Positions 9,026 through 18,873 of a stretch of 64,000 bases of DNA are shown in pieces (positions within the stretch are counted from its first letter, which is position 1; the number at the start of each line of letters is the position of its first letter). This DNA is from Maribacter sp. (lineage in GTDB: Bacteria; Bacteroidota; Bacteroidia; Flavobacteriales; Flavobacteriaceae), in NCBI GenBank assembly GCA_965662155.1, contig CBFIGW010000001.1:10042-74041 (forward strand), written 5' to 3'. A program made the position numbers and the translations under genes. The notes below the pieces were generated by a model, which ran no database searches, was not told the DNA's origin, and was given only the letters and a program-made list of their open reading frames with translations.

Positions 9026-10876
9026 TTATTCTTGTACTTGATTGTCATTATCATCTATAGGGAACTTTTTTCCTAGATAAGCAAGCTTATACCCTTCTTG
9101 AATATCTGTAAATTCCTTACTAAAGGCCGGTATAATAATAATATCATCGTCCGGTGCTTTAAGAAATAAAGGGATTATGTCTTCATCTGCCTTGGTTATT
9201 TCTATTAACCCCTCGTAATGTTCCGTGTCCTTTAAATCTATTTCGTGTATGTAAGGGTTTTTTCTAGCAGCCTCCGTTAGTTTAATAAAATCATCGGTAT
9301 GTGAAAACAAGCCTTCCTTAGGATTATTTTCCGGGTCTGCCATTTCATCGGTGTCAACCAATCTAAAGGATCCATTTTCACCAAATTGCTTTTCAAACTT
9401 TTGGATAGCGTATTTATTAATATCGGCATTTCCGGTAAGTGCCATTAAATATCCCACATCATTCAACTCTATATTATCCGTTAATGAATCTGAATAGATA
9501 TTGGCAGAAAACGCCTCTAGACCTAATTTTTTAGCTTTTTCAATATTGGTTCGGTTATTATCGATCAATACTACATGCCTATTGTTTTTATGCATGTAAT
9601 CACCAATCAACCTAGAAACCTTAGATGCTCCCAAAATTAAAATACCTTCAGATTTTTTAAGAAAAACACCAACCGTTTTGGCAAAAAATCGTGCTGTGGT
9701 AGCATTTAATAGTACCGTACCCAAAACAATCATAAAAACCAACGGGGTAATATACTCCGCTCCCGGCTCTCCCCTTAAAATCAACTTTGAACCAAAAAGG
9801 GATGCAATACCCGCCGCAACAATACCACGAGGACCCACCCAACTTATAAACAGTTTCTCGTTCAATTTTAAATTAGAGCCCATTGCGCTTAGAAAAACGC
9901 CCAATGGCCGTATAATGAATACTATGGATGCAAACAGTGCTACCGTTTTCCAATTATAGATTAATTCTAAGTCTTGGATGTCTATATTGGCAGAAAGTAA
10001 TATGAACAATATAGAAATTAACAAAACACTTAATGATTCTTTGAAATACAATAGCTCTTTTATATTGGGCAAATCCATATTGCCCAGTACCATTCCCATA
10101 ACTACCACCGCCAAAAGTCCAGATTCATGGGCAAAGACATCTGACTCAACAAATACAAGCAATACCACAGAAAGGGAAACGACATTGAGTAAATAATGTG
10201 GTATAAAATTTTTCTTTATGGCGAATGCCAAAGCATGTGCAAAAGTGAATCCAAAAGTAAACCCGAACAAAAGAATCTTTCCAAATTCTATCAAAGCTGT
10301 TTTTGTATATGCCTGGCCTTCACCAACGCTAATAAACTCAAAAACCAAAACCGCAGCTAGGGCTCCAATAGGGTCAATGAGTATTCCTTCCCATTTTAAT
10401 ACCGCTGAAAGGTCTTTTTTTAATGGAATGTTCCTTAAAATAGGTGTGATTACCGTTGGGCCCGTAACAATGATCAACGCGGAGAACAAAAAAGATATTT
10501 GCCAAGAAAGCTCAAATATAAAATGTGCCGCTATTGCACCAGCAAAGAATGTTACAATACTGCCAAGAGTAATAAGCTTGGTAATTACGGGACCTACATT
10601 TTTAATTTCAGAACGTTTAAGAGTAAGTCCTCCTTCAAAAAGTATGATACTAATGGCCAAAGACACAAAATAATAAAGCCCTTCTCCTGGAAAGAGACCT
10701 TTTTCCCCGTTCCAAATAGGTTCTATAAGTTTAGCACCATCCTCAGTGTATAAAGTGGAGAAAGGACCAACCAACAAACCAATAAGTATAAGCGGCAATA
10801 TAGCGGGCAGTTTTAAACGCCAAGCTACCCATTGTGCTATAATTCCAAGAATAATGATACCTGCTAGTTCTAGCAT
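9026..10876 (-). CDS. CPA1-type Na+/H+ (cation:proton) antiporter with a C-terminal TrkA-N/RCK-like domain
   Basis: About 12 TM helices are followed by the Rossmann-like segment ILILGASKVSRLIGDYMHKNNRHVVLIDNN. The ORF extends to 10912. The ATG at 10876 (MLELAGIIILG...) is the more typical N-terminus. Confidence 0.85.
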   Translation of the reverse strand: MLELAGIIILGIIAQWVAWRLKLPAILPLILIGLLVGPFSTLYTEDGAKLIEPIWNGEKGLFPGEGLYYFVSLAISIILFEGGLTLKRSEIKNVGPVITKLITLGSIVTFFAGAIAAHFIFELSWQISFLFSALIIVTGPTVITPILRNIPLKKDLSAVLKWEGILIDPIGALAAVLVFEFISVGEGQAYTKTALIEFGKILLFGFTFGFTFAHALAFAIKKNFIPHYLLNVVSLSVVLLVFVESDVFAHESGLLAVVVMGMVLGNMDLPNIKELLYFKESLSVLLISILFILLSANIDIQDLELIYNWKTVALFASIVFIIRPLGVFLSAMGSNLKLNEKLFISWVGPRGIVAAGIASLFGSKLILRGEPGAEYITPLVFMIVLGTVLLNATTARFFAKTVGVFLKKSEGILILGASKVSRLIGDYMHKNNRHVVLIDNNRTNIEKAKKLGLEAFSANIYSDSLTDNIELNDVGYLMALTGNADINKYAIQKFEKQFGENGSFRLVDTDEMADPENNPKEGLFSHTDDFIKLTEAARKNPYIHEIDLKDTEHYEGLIEITKADEDIIPLFLKAPDDDIIIIPAFSKEFTDIQEGYKLAYLGKKFPIDDNDNQVQE

Positions 10877-10939
10877 TATTTTATTTTTTGTTAAAAATAA
10901 GACTTTAGTCAAACTTTATAACATTATGCTAAAATCAAA

Positions 10940-13144
10940 TTAGTGATCTTTCATAGTAAGTCGTAAAACCGAACATACAGATTTCTCCGTGTATTTATCC
11001 TTACCCGTCCCAAATAGAACGCTAAGCCAATTATCTTTTTGTGGAGTCCCCAAAATTAATAAATCATAGCCAGCGGATATATTGGAAATAGCACCGATAG
11101 AATCATTGTTTCTATTTATTAAAACAGAACTATTCGTGGGTACTTTTTTTAACAAATTCAATGAATTGTTCATCATAGCATTCTCATCTTCTTCACTCAT
11201 GTTTTCCGGTACTACGTGAAGCAGGGTTAACGAAGCATTATAAAAGGTACAAATTCTATCGGCTACGGCAATAAAGTTCTTATCCTTACGGCCCGGCCTA
11301 AGTGCAAGAAGTACCTTGCCAATATGCCGAACCCCAACATCTTTAAATAGTGCAAAGTCCGAGTTGATATTGGTCAATAACCAACCTATCGGATTACTTA
11401 CCAAAATACCGCTATGCGCTCTACCATTCCAGCCCATTACCAACCAATCACAATGAGTCTGGTTACTAAGTTCATGAATAGTATCTGATATTTCATGGGT
11501 AACCGCAGCTTCAAAATCTATGGTAATATTTTTTGATTTTGACAATTGGGAAATACGTCGCTCCAATGATGCAATTATTGGGCTTTCCTCTACCATAGCA
11601 TCCAAAAAAGTTTGGTTTGGAACTTCGGTTATGTTTACCGCCTGTATTTTATCTCTTTTGTTGATTGCCGCCGCTATTTCCACCAACATTTCAGGGGAGG
11701 TTTCATTTCCCAATAAAGGAACCACTGCCCCTGCATCCGAGGCTAATTTACCATCTAAATTCTGTAAAGCTTCGGTTTGGTTATTTCTGTAAGTTAACTG
11801 TCCTTTTCCCTTTCTTTTATAAAAAAGATATAATGCGGGCCTATGTCCATATTTTCTTAAAATACCAGTTCTAGTAGCATTTTTTCCAAAATAAGAATAT
11901 ATCAAAAAACCAAATGCCAATATCGCAGCAATAGCTACCAATGGCCCCAAGCCCAACAATATCAGTAAGGCTATACCACTCGCTATTCCGAACAATTGCA
12001 CAAAGGGATACAAAGGGGATCTATATGGCGGGGCGTACCATTGCGCAGAAGTTTCCCTTAAAACAATAACACAAGCATTAACCAAGATAAACATCATAAC
12101 CATAAAGGCACTTGCCAATTTTGCGATTTTTTCAACATCTAGAAACAAAATAACAAGGGCCATGACAAAACACGTCATAGCAATAGTTACTACTGGTGTT
12201 AAGTATTTTGAGTGAATTCTTGACATAAAGTCTGGCAACAATTTATCCCTTGCCATGGCAAAGGGAAATCTCGAAGCTGCCAATACACCGGAATTAGCCA
12301 TCGAAATTAAGGTTATTACCCCCACCATAGCCGCGATATACCCAATGGTGCTACCTCCCAAAAGATTTGCAATAGTATAAATAGGCTTGATATCAGTTCC
12401 TAATTCTTGTAACGGAAGGTTGCCAACCAAAACAAAAGCTACTACCACATATATTGTGGTCATAATAAAGAGTGATAAAATCATTGCTCTTGGTAGGTTT
12501 ACGCTCGGGTTCTTTATTTCACCTGCAATAGCCGCAACCTTGGTTACACCGGCATAAGAAATATATACAAATGCTACAGTAGAGAATAAACCCATATTAC
12601 CATTTAGCAAAAAAGGGTCTAATAGTTCTGCAGAAGTTCTTGGGAGGCCAAAAAGTAAAATTAACGCAAGGCTTAAAATGCTTATCGAAACAATTACAAT
12701 TTGAACCTTTCCTACTTTTTTTACGCCCAGAATATTTAAAAACAATATTAACACCAGAAAAACAAGCGCAACATAATTGGTAAGGCCCGCTTCAATATTT
12801 ACCAGAATGGCCAAGTATGCACCAAAACCGACTAATGCAAAAGCACTTTTAAGTAACAGTGACAGCCAAAGACCTATACCCGCTATTGTTCCAAAAAGTG
12901 GGCCAAAAGCACGCTCTATATACACATAAGTTCCACCAGATGATGGCATTGCCGTTGCCAATTCTGACTTTGATAAAGCAGCCGGTAAAATACAAATTGC
13001 AGCCAAAAGATAAGCTAACCAGACAGAAGAACCTGTTTTTGCTGCCGCTATGCCCGGTAGTACGAATATACCGCTGCCTAACATACCCCCAATACTAATC
13101 GCCACTACTGAAGTTAAGGATAAGCTACGTTCTAATTTTTTCAA
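10940..13144 (-). CDS. APC-family amino-acid permease fused to C-terminal universal-stress-protein-like domains
   Basis: 734 aa. The N-terminal ~440 aa are polytopic (SIGGMLGSGIFVLPG). The C-terminal ~290 aa are soluble, with two USP-like alpha/beta units (e.g. DWLVMGWNGR, DLLILGTPQK). Confidence 0.8.
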   Translation of the reverse strand: MKKLERSLSLTSVVAISIGGMLGSGIFVLPGIAAAKTGSSVWLAYLLAAICILPAALSKSELATAMPSSGGTYVYIERAFGPLFGTIAGIGLWLSLLLKSAFALVGFGAYLAILVNIEAGLTNYVALVFLVLILFLNILGVKKVGKVQIVIVSISILSLALILLFGLPRTSAELLDPFLLNGNMGLFSTVAFVYISYAGVTKVAAIAGEIKNPSVNLPRAMILSLFIMTTIYVVVAFVLVGNLPLQELGTDIKPIYTIANLLGGSTIGYIAAMVGVITLISMANSGVLAASRFPFAMARDKLLPDFMSRIHSKYLTPVVTIAMTCFVMALVILFLDVEKIAKLASAFMVMMFILVNACVIVLRETSAQWYAPPYRSPLYPFVQLFGIASGIALLILLGLGPLVAIAAILAFGFLIYSYFGKNATRTGILRKYGHRPALYLFYKRKGKGQLTYRNNQTEALQNLDGKLASDAGAVVPLLGNETSPEMLVEIAAAINKRDKIQAVNITEVPNQTFLDAMVEESPIIASLERRISQLSKSKNITIDFEAAVTHEISDTIHELSNQTHCDWLVMGWNGRAHSGILVSNPIGWLLTNINSDFALFKDVGVRHIGKVLLALRPGRKDKNFIAVADRICTFYNASLTLLHVVPENMSEEDENAMMNNSLNLLKKVPTNSSVLINRNNDSIGAISNISAGYDLLILGTPQKDNWLSVLFGTGKDKYTEKSVCSVLRLTMKDH

Positions 13145-13995
13145 TTTAATGCTAGGTTACTGCTTAAAATAGGCGTTTTAATATTCCGGCAAAATGATGA
13201 TATATTTTTGATAAACCAAGGTTTTCTCTAGGTTTTATTATATTCTAGCATAGGAAAATAGAGTGGAAAAGCTGCATCTTCTTAGAATAATCTTTAGATT
13301 CAACTTGGTAGGGTTAAGTATTTTAAAGGATAACAGCATTTAAAAAAATATGGTTTTTTTAAGTATTGGGCCAATATGTTGACTCGGTTTTACTATCCAA
13401 AAAAATTAAGCTCTCGTTTAAATCTTTGGTTTAAATATTTACCGTTGATCAAAAGAGATTGCATGGTTTAACTTATGACTTGACTAAAATAAAAAATGCA
13501 GATTTAATCAACTATTAGAGCTTATTAGCATTGTTAACGCAAATATACTCGAACAAAAATCAAAAATTTTTCAAATAAAATTATCTATCTTGAACAGTAA
13601 CTCTTGGTATCGTGAAAAATTATTTTTGTCTTGTTGGCATTCCATTAAAAAGCAGTTGCCAAATACAAAAGAGATTACAGCTAGAACTTAATTTGAAAAT
13701 CTGATCCTTACACCTACCACCAGGTTGTATTTGTAAATTTTTACTGACAAAATATGGTTAAAAAACACATTTTTGACTAAACTTTTTTACTTTTACACCA
13801 AAATTTATAAATACAACTGAAGATTAAAGGTCTTTTTAGAAGGCATAACATAGCAATCACTTGCATCTAAAAAAAGTAATGATTGTAACATAAAAGTTAT
13901 TTAAAGACACTAGCTACATATCTTCTCCTGTATGTTGAAATTAGCATCTTTCTCTAAATATTAGGTGGCAACTTTTATCCTAACTATTCTTAACA
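13145..13995. other. 851-bp ORF-free, AT-rich divergent intergenic region
   Basis: No ORF of 60 aa or more on either strand in the supplied track. By eye only ORFs of 10 codons or fewer are present. It lies between the divergently transcribed permease (start 13144) and histidine kinase (start 13996). Confidence 0.9.
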
Positions 13996-16900
13996 ATGAA
14001 ATTATTTAAGCCTGCTTTATTTAAGAGACCTCTATTGGTTGGTTTGATTGTTTTTATATTGATTTTAGTAACAACTCAGTTACTTACCTACCAAAGTTAT
14101 TTGTTATCCAAAAACAAAAGTCAAGAAGAAATTAGCGAACAGGCCAAGCTTGTAGAAAAAGAACTGCAAGCTGTTTTAAATCAAGGATTTATAACGACAC
14201 AAACCTTGGCCTTTATGGTAGACAATTATGGTATCCCCGATAATTTTGATAGTGTTGCCAAGTTGTTACTAAACACTAATAAGAACATAGATGTCCTAGA
14301 GTTGGTAAACGACAAAGGCACTATAACCCACGTTTATCCCTTAGAAGGCAATGAGGTTTTAGGTCTGAATATTTTGAAGGATTCTATTGGTAAGAGTGGG
14401 GCTTTGGAGACCATTCAACGAAAGGATTATTTTGTGACTGGACCCATACGACTTCACCAAGGGGGGTCGGGTATTGTATGCAGAACTCCCTTGTTCAAGG
14501 ATGCAAAATTCAATGGGTTTACTGCCTCTGTAATACAGCTTCCATCGTTGTTAAGTGCTATTCCAATAGACACCGTAAACAAAGGGCGCTATTCCTATCA
14601 ATTGTCAAAAATAAACGATGATGGGACAGAAGAAGTGTTTTTCTCTTCTAAAGATATTTCATTGGACAACGCGTTCAACATTCCAATTACAACCCGTAAA
14701 GGGGAATGGAAACTTTATGTTATTGCTAATAGTAGCTCAAAAATGTCGTCTATTTTCATTTTTGGAATTCTTGGTTTCTTACTTTCAACCCTAGCGGGCA
14801 TTTATGTAACGTTTATACTTAATCAACCCATTAAGTTGAAAAAACTAGTAGAGGAAAAAACTACATTGCTAGAGGTTAACAAGGAAAAATACAAATTACT
14901 AGTTGAACAAGCTTCAGATGGTATTTTCATGACTGATTTTAATGGTGGCATTATAAATGTCAATCCTATGGGGGCACAAATGTTTGGTTATGAACCAAAT
15001 GAAATGTTACAAAAAAACCTAAAAGATTTAGTTTCCAAAGAGGAGTTGACAAAGAACCCAATTAAATTTTCTGAATTAAAGGCAGGCGCTACACTTCTAA
15101 CAGAGCGTAAAATGCTTAAAAAAGATGGAAGTGCCTTTTACGGTGAAGTAAATGCAAAAGCATTAAACAGTAAGTGTATACAGGGTATAGTTAGGGATTC
15201 CACCGAACGCAAAAAACTTGAAGTAGTATCACAGAACAACCTCCAGAAATTTAGTAAAGCCTTCAATAATACTACCGTTGGTATGGTGATAGTTGATTTA
15301 CAAAAAGGTATTGTAGATGCGAACACTTTTTTTCTAAACTTGATCGGATGGTCCCTTGATGATATTAAGGGCAAAACATTTACAGAGCTGAATTTGATCG
15401 ACGAAGATTCTGATATCAGAAAACAAATAATCAAGGCATTGGAGCGATACGGCAAAATAGATACCGCAGATGTGGTCTTTAAATCCAAAAAGGGAGAAGA
15501 TCTTTATTTGTTGGGGTCTGCCGAAACTTATAATTATAATGAAAGTAAATATTTGCTGGCCACTCTAATAGACCGTACCGAGGCAAAGAAAAATCAATTA
15601 AAAATAATTCAAAGTGAAGCCAAGTATAGGGAATTGACCGAGCGAATTTCAGATGCCTTTGTTGCTTTCGATAACGATTGGAACTTTACCTATGTAAACG
15701 CAAAGGCTTCTAAGCTCATTTCAAGAAAACCACAGGAGGTGATGGGCAAAAACCTTTGGACAGAATTTCCGGAGTTTGCCAAAAGCGAGGCTTATCCCAT
15801 ATTTATTGGTGCCTTTAAAAAGCAAAAATACGCCTATTTAGAGCAATACTTCGAACCATTTGATGCATGGATCGCCAATCACATTTATCCTTCAAAAGAA
15901 GGGACAACCATATACTTTAAAAATATTACCAAAAAGAAAAAAGCAGACTCAGAAAAACAACAATTAATTTCAATAATAGAAAACAGTCCGGGCTTCATTG
16001 GTTTGGCTGGCCTAGATGGTAAATCTACATTTCTAAACGAAGCGGGCAGAAAACTGGTGGGCCTATCCCCCGATAAGGATTTAAGCGATATTACTATATT
16101 TGATTTTTTTCCGGAAACGTACAAAAACACACTCGTTGATGTTCATGTTCCTCACATTCAAAACAAAGGTTCTTGGAGTGGTGAGGCACCATTAAAAAAC
16201 TTTAAGACCAATGAGATTATACCTACCGCATTTTCTGGGTTCATCATTAGGGATAAAACCACAAATAAGGGAATAGGGATAGGTTCTGTAGCTTTTGATA
16301 TCTCCGAAAGGTTAAAATATGAGAAGGAGATTTTAGAACTACAATCTAAAATGAATGCGGCTATAAGAATTGGTGAAATAGGGTATTGGGACTGGAACGT
16401 TCTTTCTGAAATAATAGCTTGGTCTAATCAAATGTATAAGATTTATGATGTGGAACCGGGAACTATTATTACGGTGCCTTTTACACAATCCTTAGTTCAT
16501 CCAGATGACTGGGATTATCATAACAAAGTATTGAATGAAAAAATAGCCAATAAAGACAATAGTCCTTTTAGTTATAGAATTGTACACCGAAATGGTGATG
16601 TTAAGCATGTTTTGGTTCAAATGGAAGTAGTGGAGGGAGATGACAAGGAGGATTATAGGTACCAAGGTACCGTAATCGATATCACTATTGCCAAAGAGGC
16701 CGAAGAAAGGTTGGAGGCCCAGAATATTGAGCTTCAAAAAACCAATTCAGAATTAGATAGTTTTGTTTATAGCGCATCACATGAACTAAGGGCGCCTTTG
16801 ACTTCTATCTTAGGTTTGGTCAACATTATAAAGATTGATGAAAACAAACCGAAGCTCCTTGAGAAACTAACTATGATGGAAAATTCCATTAAACGTTTGG

Positions 16901-17457
16901 ATACTTTTATTAAGGACATAATAGAGTTTTCTCGTAATAGACATTTAGAATTAAGCTTAGAAAAAATTAATTTTTGTAACTTAATAGATGATTCATTAGA
17001 AAGCCTGTGGTACCTAGAAAATACGAGCAACATTAATATAGTACGTGATATAAGTGTTCCGGTAGATTATTACTCTGACAAGAGAAGGATTGCGGTGATT
17101 TTAAATAATTTTATTTCAAACGCCATTAAATATCATAACACCAAAAAAAATAATCCCACTATTTGGATTACAATTACTAGCACTAATGATAATGCTGAAA
17201 TAGTTGTTAGGGATAATGGGCCAGGAATAAACAAAACGCATTTGTCAAAAATATTTGATATGTTTTATAGAGCATCATCTAAAATTATGGGCTCAGGTAT
17301 TGGATTATATATTGTTAAAGAAATTATAGATAAGCTTAACGGAAGTGTGAAAGTAGATTCCGAAATTAACAAGGGTACAACCTTTACAGTAATATTACCC
17401 AATGAATTTTTAAACTATAAAAAACATGGATCAGAAAAAAGTGTTACTAATAGATGA
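13996..17457 (+). CDS. Multi-PAS sensor histidine kinase with an extracytoplasmic (CHASE-like) sensor domain
   Basis: 1153 aa. Domain order is TM, ~230-aa external domain, TM (IFIFGILGFLLSTLAGIYVTFIL), then several PAS/PAC-like repeats. H-box SHELRAPLTS, N-box NFISNAIKYH, G1 DNGPGI and G2 GSGIGL are present. Confidence 0.9.
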   Translation: MKLFKPALFKRPLLVGLIVFILILVTTQLLTYQSYLLSKNKSQEEISEQAKLVEKELQAVLNQGFITTQTLAFMVDNYGIPDNFDSVAKLLLNTNKNIDVLELVNDKGTITHVYPLEGNEVLGLNILKDSIGKSGALETIQRKDYFVTGPIRLHQGGSGIVCRTPLFKDAKFNGFTASVIQLPSLLSAIPIDTVNKGRYSYQLSKINDDGTEEVFFSSKDISLDNAFNIPITTRKGEWKLYVIANSSSKMSSIFIFGILGFLLSTLAGIYVTFILNQPIKLKKLVEEKTTLLEVNKEKYKLLVEQASDGIFMTDFNGGIINVNPMGAQMFGYEPNEMLQKNLKDLVSKEELTKNPIKFSELKAGATLLTERKMLKKDGSAFYGEVNAKALNSKCIQGIVRDSTERKKLEVVSQNNLQKFSKAFNNTTVGMVIVDLQKGIVDANTFFLNLIGWSLDDIKGKTFTELNLIDEDSDIRKQIIKALERYGKIDTADVVFKSKKGEDLYLLGSAETYNYNESKYLLATLIDRTEAKKNQLKIIQSEAKYRELTERISDAFVAFDNDWNFTYVNAKASKLISRKPQEVMGKNLWTEFPEFAKSEAYPIFIGAFKKQKYAYLEQYFEPFDAWIANHIYPSKEGTTIYFKNITKKKKADSEKQQLISIIENSPGFIGLAGLDGKSTFLNEAGRKLVGLSPDKDLSDITIFDFFPETYKNTLVDVHVPHIQNKGSWSGEAPLKNFKTNEIIPTAFSGFIIRDKTTNKGIGIGSVAFDISERLKYEKEILELQSKMNAAIRIGEIGYWDWNVLSEIIAWSNQMYKIYDVEPGTIITVPFTQSLVHPDDWDYHNKVLNEKIANKDNSPFSYRIVHRNGDVKHVLVQMEVVEGDDKEDYRYQGTVIDITIAKEAEERLEAQNIELQKTNSELDSFVYSASHELRAPLTSILGLVNIIKIDENKPKLLEKLTMMENSIKRLDTFIKDIIEFSRNRHLELSLEKINFCNLIDDSLESLWYLENTSNINIVRDISVPVDYYSDKRRIAVILNNFISNAIKYHNTKKNNPTIWITITSTNDNAEIVVRDNGPGINKTHLSKIFDMFYRASSKIMGSGIGLYIVKEIIDKLNGSVKVDSEINKGTTFTVILPNEFLNYKKHGSEKSVTNR

Positions 17458-17821
17458 TTCTGAAATTGACAATTTTATTAATAAAGCGGTACTTTCAAAA
17501 TCTGAGATTATATCAGAAATATTTGTGAAAGAATCCGGTAGTGATGCCTTGGCATTTTTGGAAAACCTCATGGATATACCGGATTCTTTTCCAGATTTTA
17601 TTTTCGTAGATATAAGAATGCCCTTAATGGATGGGTTTGAATTTATGGACAATTATTCAAAACTTCCAATAGAAGTAAAAAGTAAATGTAAGGTTTACGT
17701 TTTAAGCTCTTCTATTGACCCAATTGACGTAGAAAAGGCACAAAACCATAAGGATGTAGAGATGCATTTAACAAAGCCTCTAGCACATCATTCAATAGAT
17801 GTTTTAATTAAAAGGAATTAA
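17426..17821 (+). CDS. Stand-alone receiver-domain response regulator (CheY-like)
   Basis: 131 aa. Motifs LLIDDSE, FVDIRMPLMDG (phospho-acceptor Asp) and LTKP are present, with no output domain. It overlaps the kinase 3' end by 32 nt. Confidence 0.88.
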   Translation: MDQKKVLLIDDSEIDNFINKAVLSKSEIISEIFVKESGSDALAFLENLMDIPDSFPDFIFVDIRMPLMDGFEFMDNYSKLPIEVKSKCKVYVLSSSIDPIDVEKAQNHKDVEMHLTKPLAHHSIDVLIKRN

Positions 17822-17939
17822 AAAATTACGCTTCTTTTGTTTTCGCATACGTGTTTTTTGAGTTAAAATGTCTTAAATACTGCATATTCCCACGCTTTTT
17901 TAACTATTTTTCGGAATTATATTTTTCAGATTTTTTTTA

Positions 17940-18812
17940 ATGAATCTATTCCCCATAGAAACTGGTAATTTTAAGCTAGATGGCGGTGCCATGTTTGGAG
18001 TGGTGCCAAAAACGCTTTGGCAAAGGACAAATCCAGCGGATAATAACAATCTTATAGACATTTCCGCAAGAAGCCTGTTAATAGAAAATGGTAATAGGCT
18101 TATACTGGTAGATACGGGATTAGGAAACAAACAATCAGAGAAATTTTTTGGACACTATCATAGGTGGGGTCATCATTCGCTAGATAATTCGCTGGCTAAA
18201 TATGGGTTTCACAGAAACGATATTACCGATATTTTTTTAACCCATCTACATTTTGATCATTGTGGAGGTTGTATACAATGGAACAAAAATAGGACAGGTT
18301 TTGAACCCGTATTTGAAAATGCTATTTACTGGAGCAATGAAAAACACTGGAAATGGGCAACAGAGCCCAATGCTAGGGAAAAAGCCTCTTTTTTAAAAGA
18401 AAATCTTCTTCCCATAGAAGAAAGTGGCCAATTAAAATTCGTTCCGGTAGAAAACAACTTGCAGAGCAATTCACTATTTCATAGTTTAGAATTTGATTTT
18501 GATATTAGATTTGTAGATGGCCATACAGAAAAACAAATGCTGCCACAGATAAAATATAAAGGAAAAACCATTGTATTTATGGCGGATTTAATACCTACGG
18601 TAGGCCATATTCCCTTGCCCTATGTAATGGGTTATGACACAAGGCCTTTACTTACATTGGCAGAAAAAGAATTATTTTTAAACGATGCCGTTAAAAATGA
18701 TTATTACCTTTTCTTTGAACACGATGCTCACAATCAAATATGCACCTTAAAGCAAACAGAAAAAGGCGCACGGTTAAATGAAATGTTCACTTTTAATGAA
18801 GTGTTTAATTAA
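17940..18812 (+). CDS. MBL-fold metallo-hydrolase
   Basis: 290 aa with THLHFDHCGG (HxHxDH) and downstream His/Asp ligands (VDGHTE, EHDAH). Confidence 0.85.
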   Translation: MNLFPIETGNFKLDGGAMFGVVPKTLWQRTNPADNNNLIDISARSLLIENGNRLILVDTGLGNKQSEKFFGHYHRWGHHSLDNSLAKYGFHRNDITDIFLTHLHFDHCGGCIQWNKNRTGFEPVFENAIYWSNEKHWKWATEPNAREKASFLKENLLPIEESGQLKFVPVENNLQSNSLFHSLEFDFDIRFVDGHTEKQMLPQIKYKGKTIVFMADLIPTVGHIPLPYVMGYDTRPLLTLAEKELFLNDAVKNDYYLFFEHDAHNQICTLKQTEKGARLNEMFTFNEVFN

Positions 18813-18873
18813 GTTTGCAACTGCTATTAAATGATAAATCCTTAATAAATATAAAATAACTCAAGACATATTC

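Noticed and set aside
10218-10673. 151-aa plus-strand ORF inside the antiporter gene. Similar antisense or out-of-frame ORFs occur at 9678-9959, 15138-15488, 23336-23755, 28655-28990, 55669-56112, 58034-58354 and 40059-40262, among others.
   Set aside because: All are fully embedded in longer ORFs that carry strong family motifs. Their translations are low-information or compositionally odd. I treat them as shadow ORFs.
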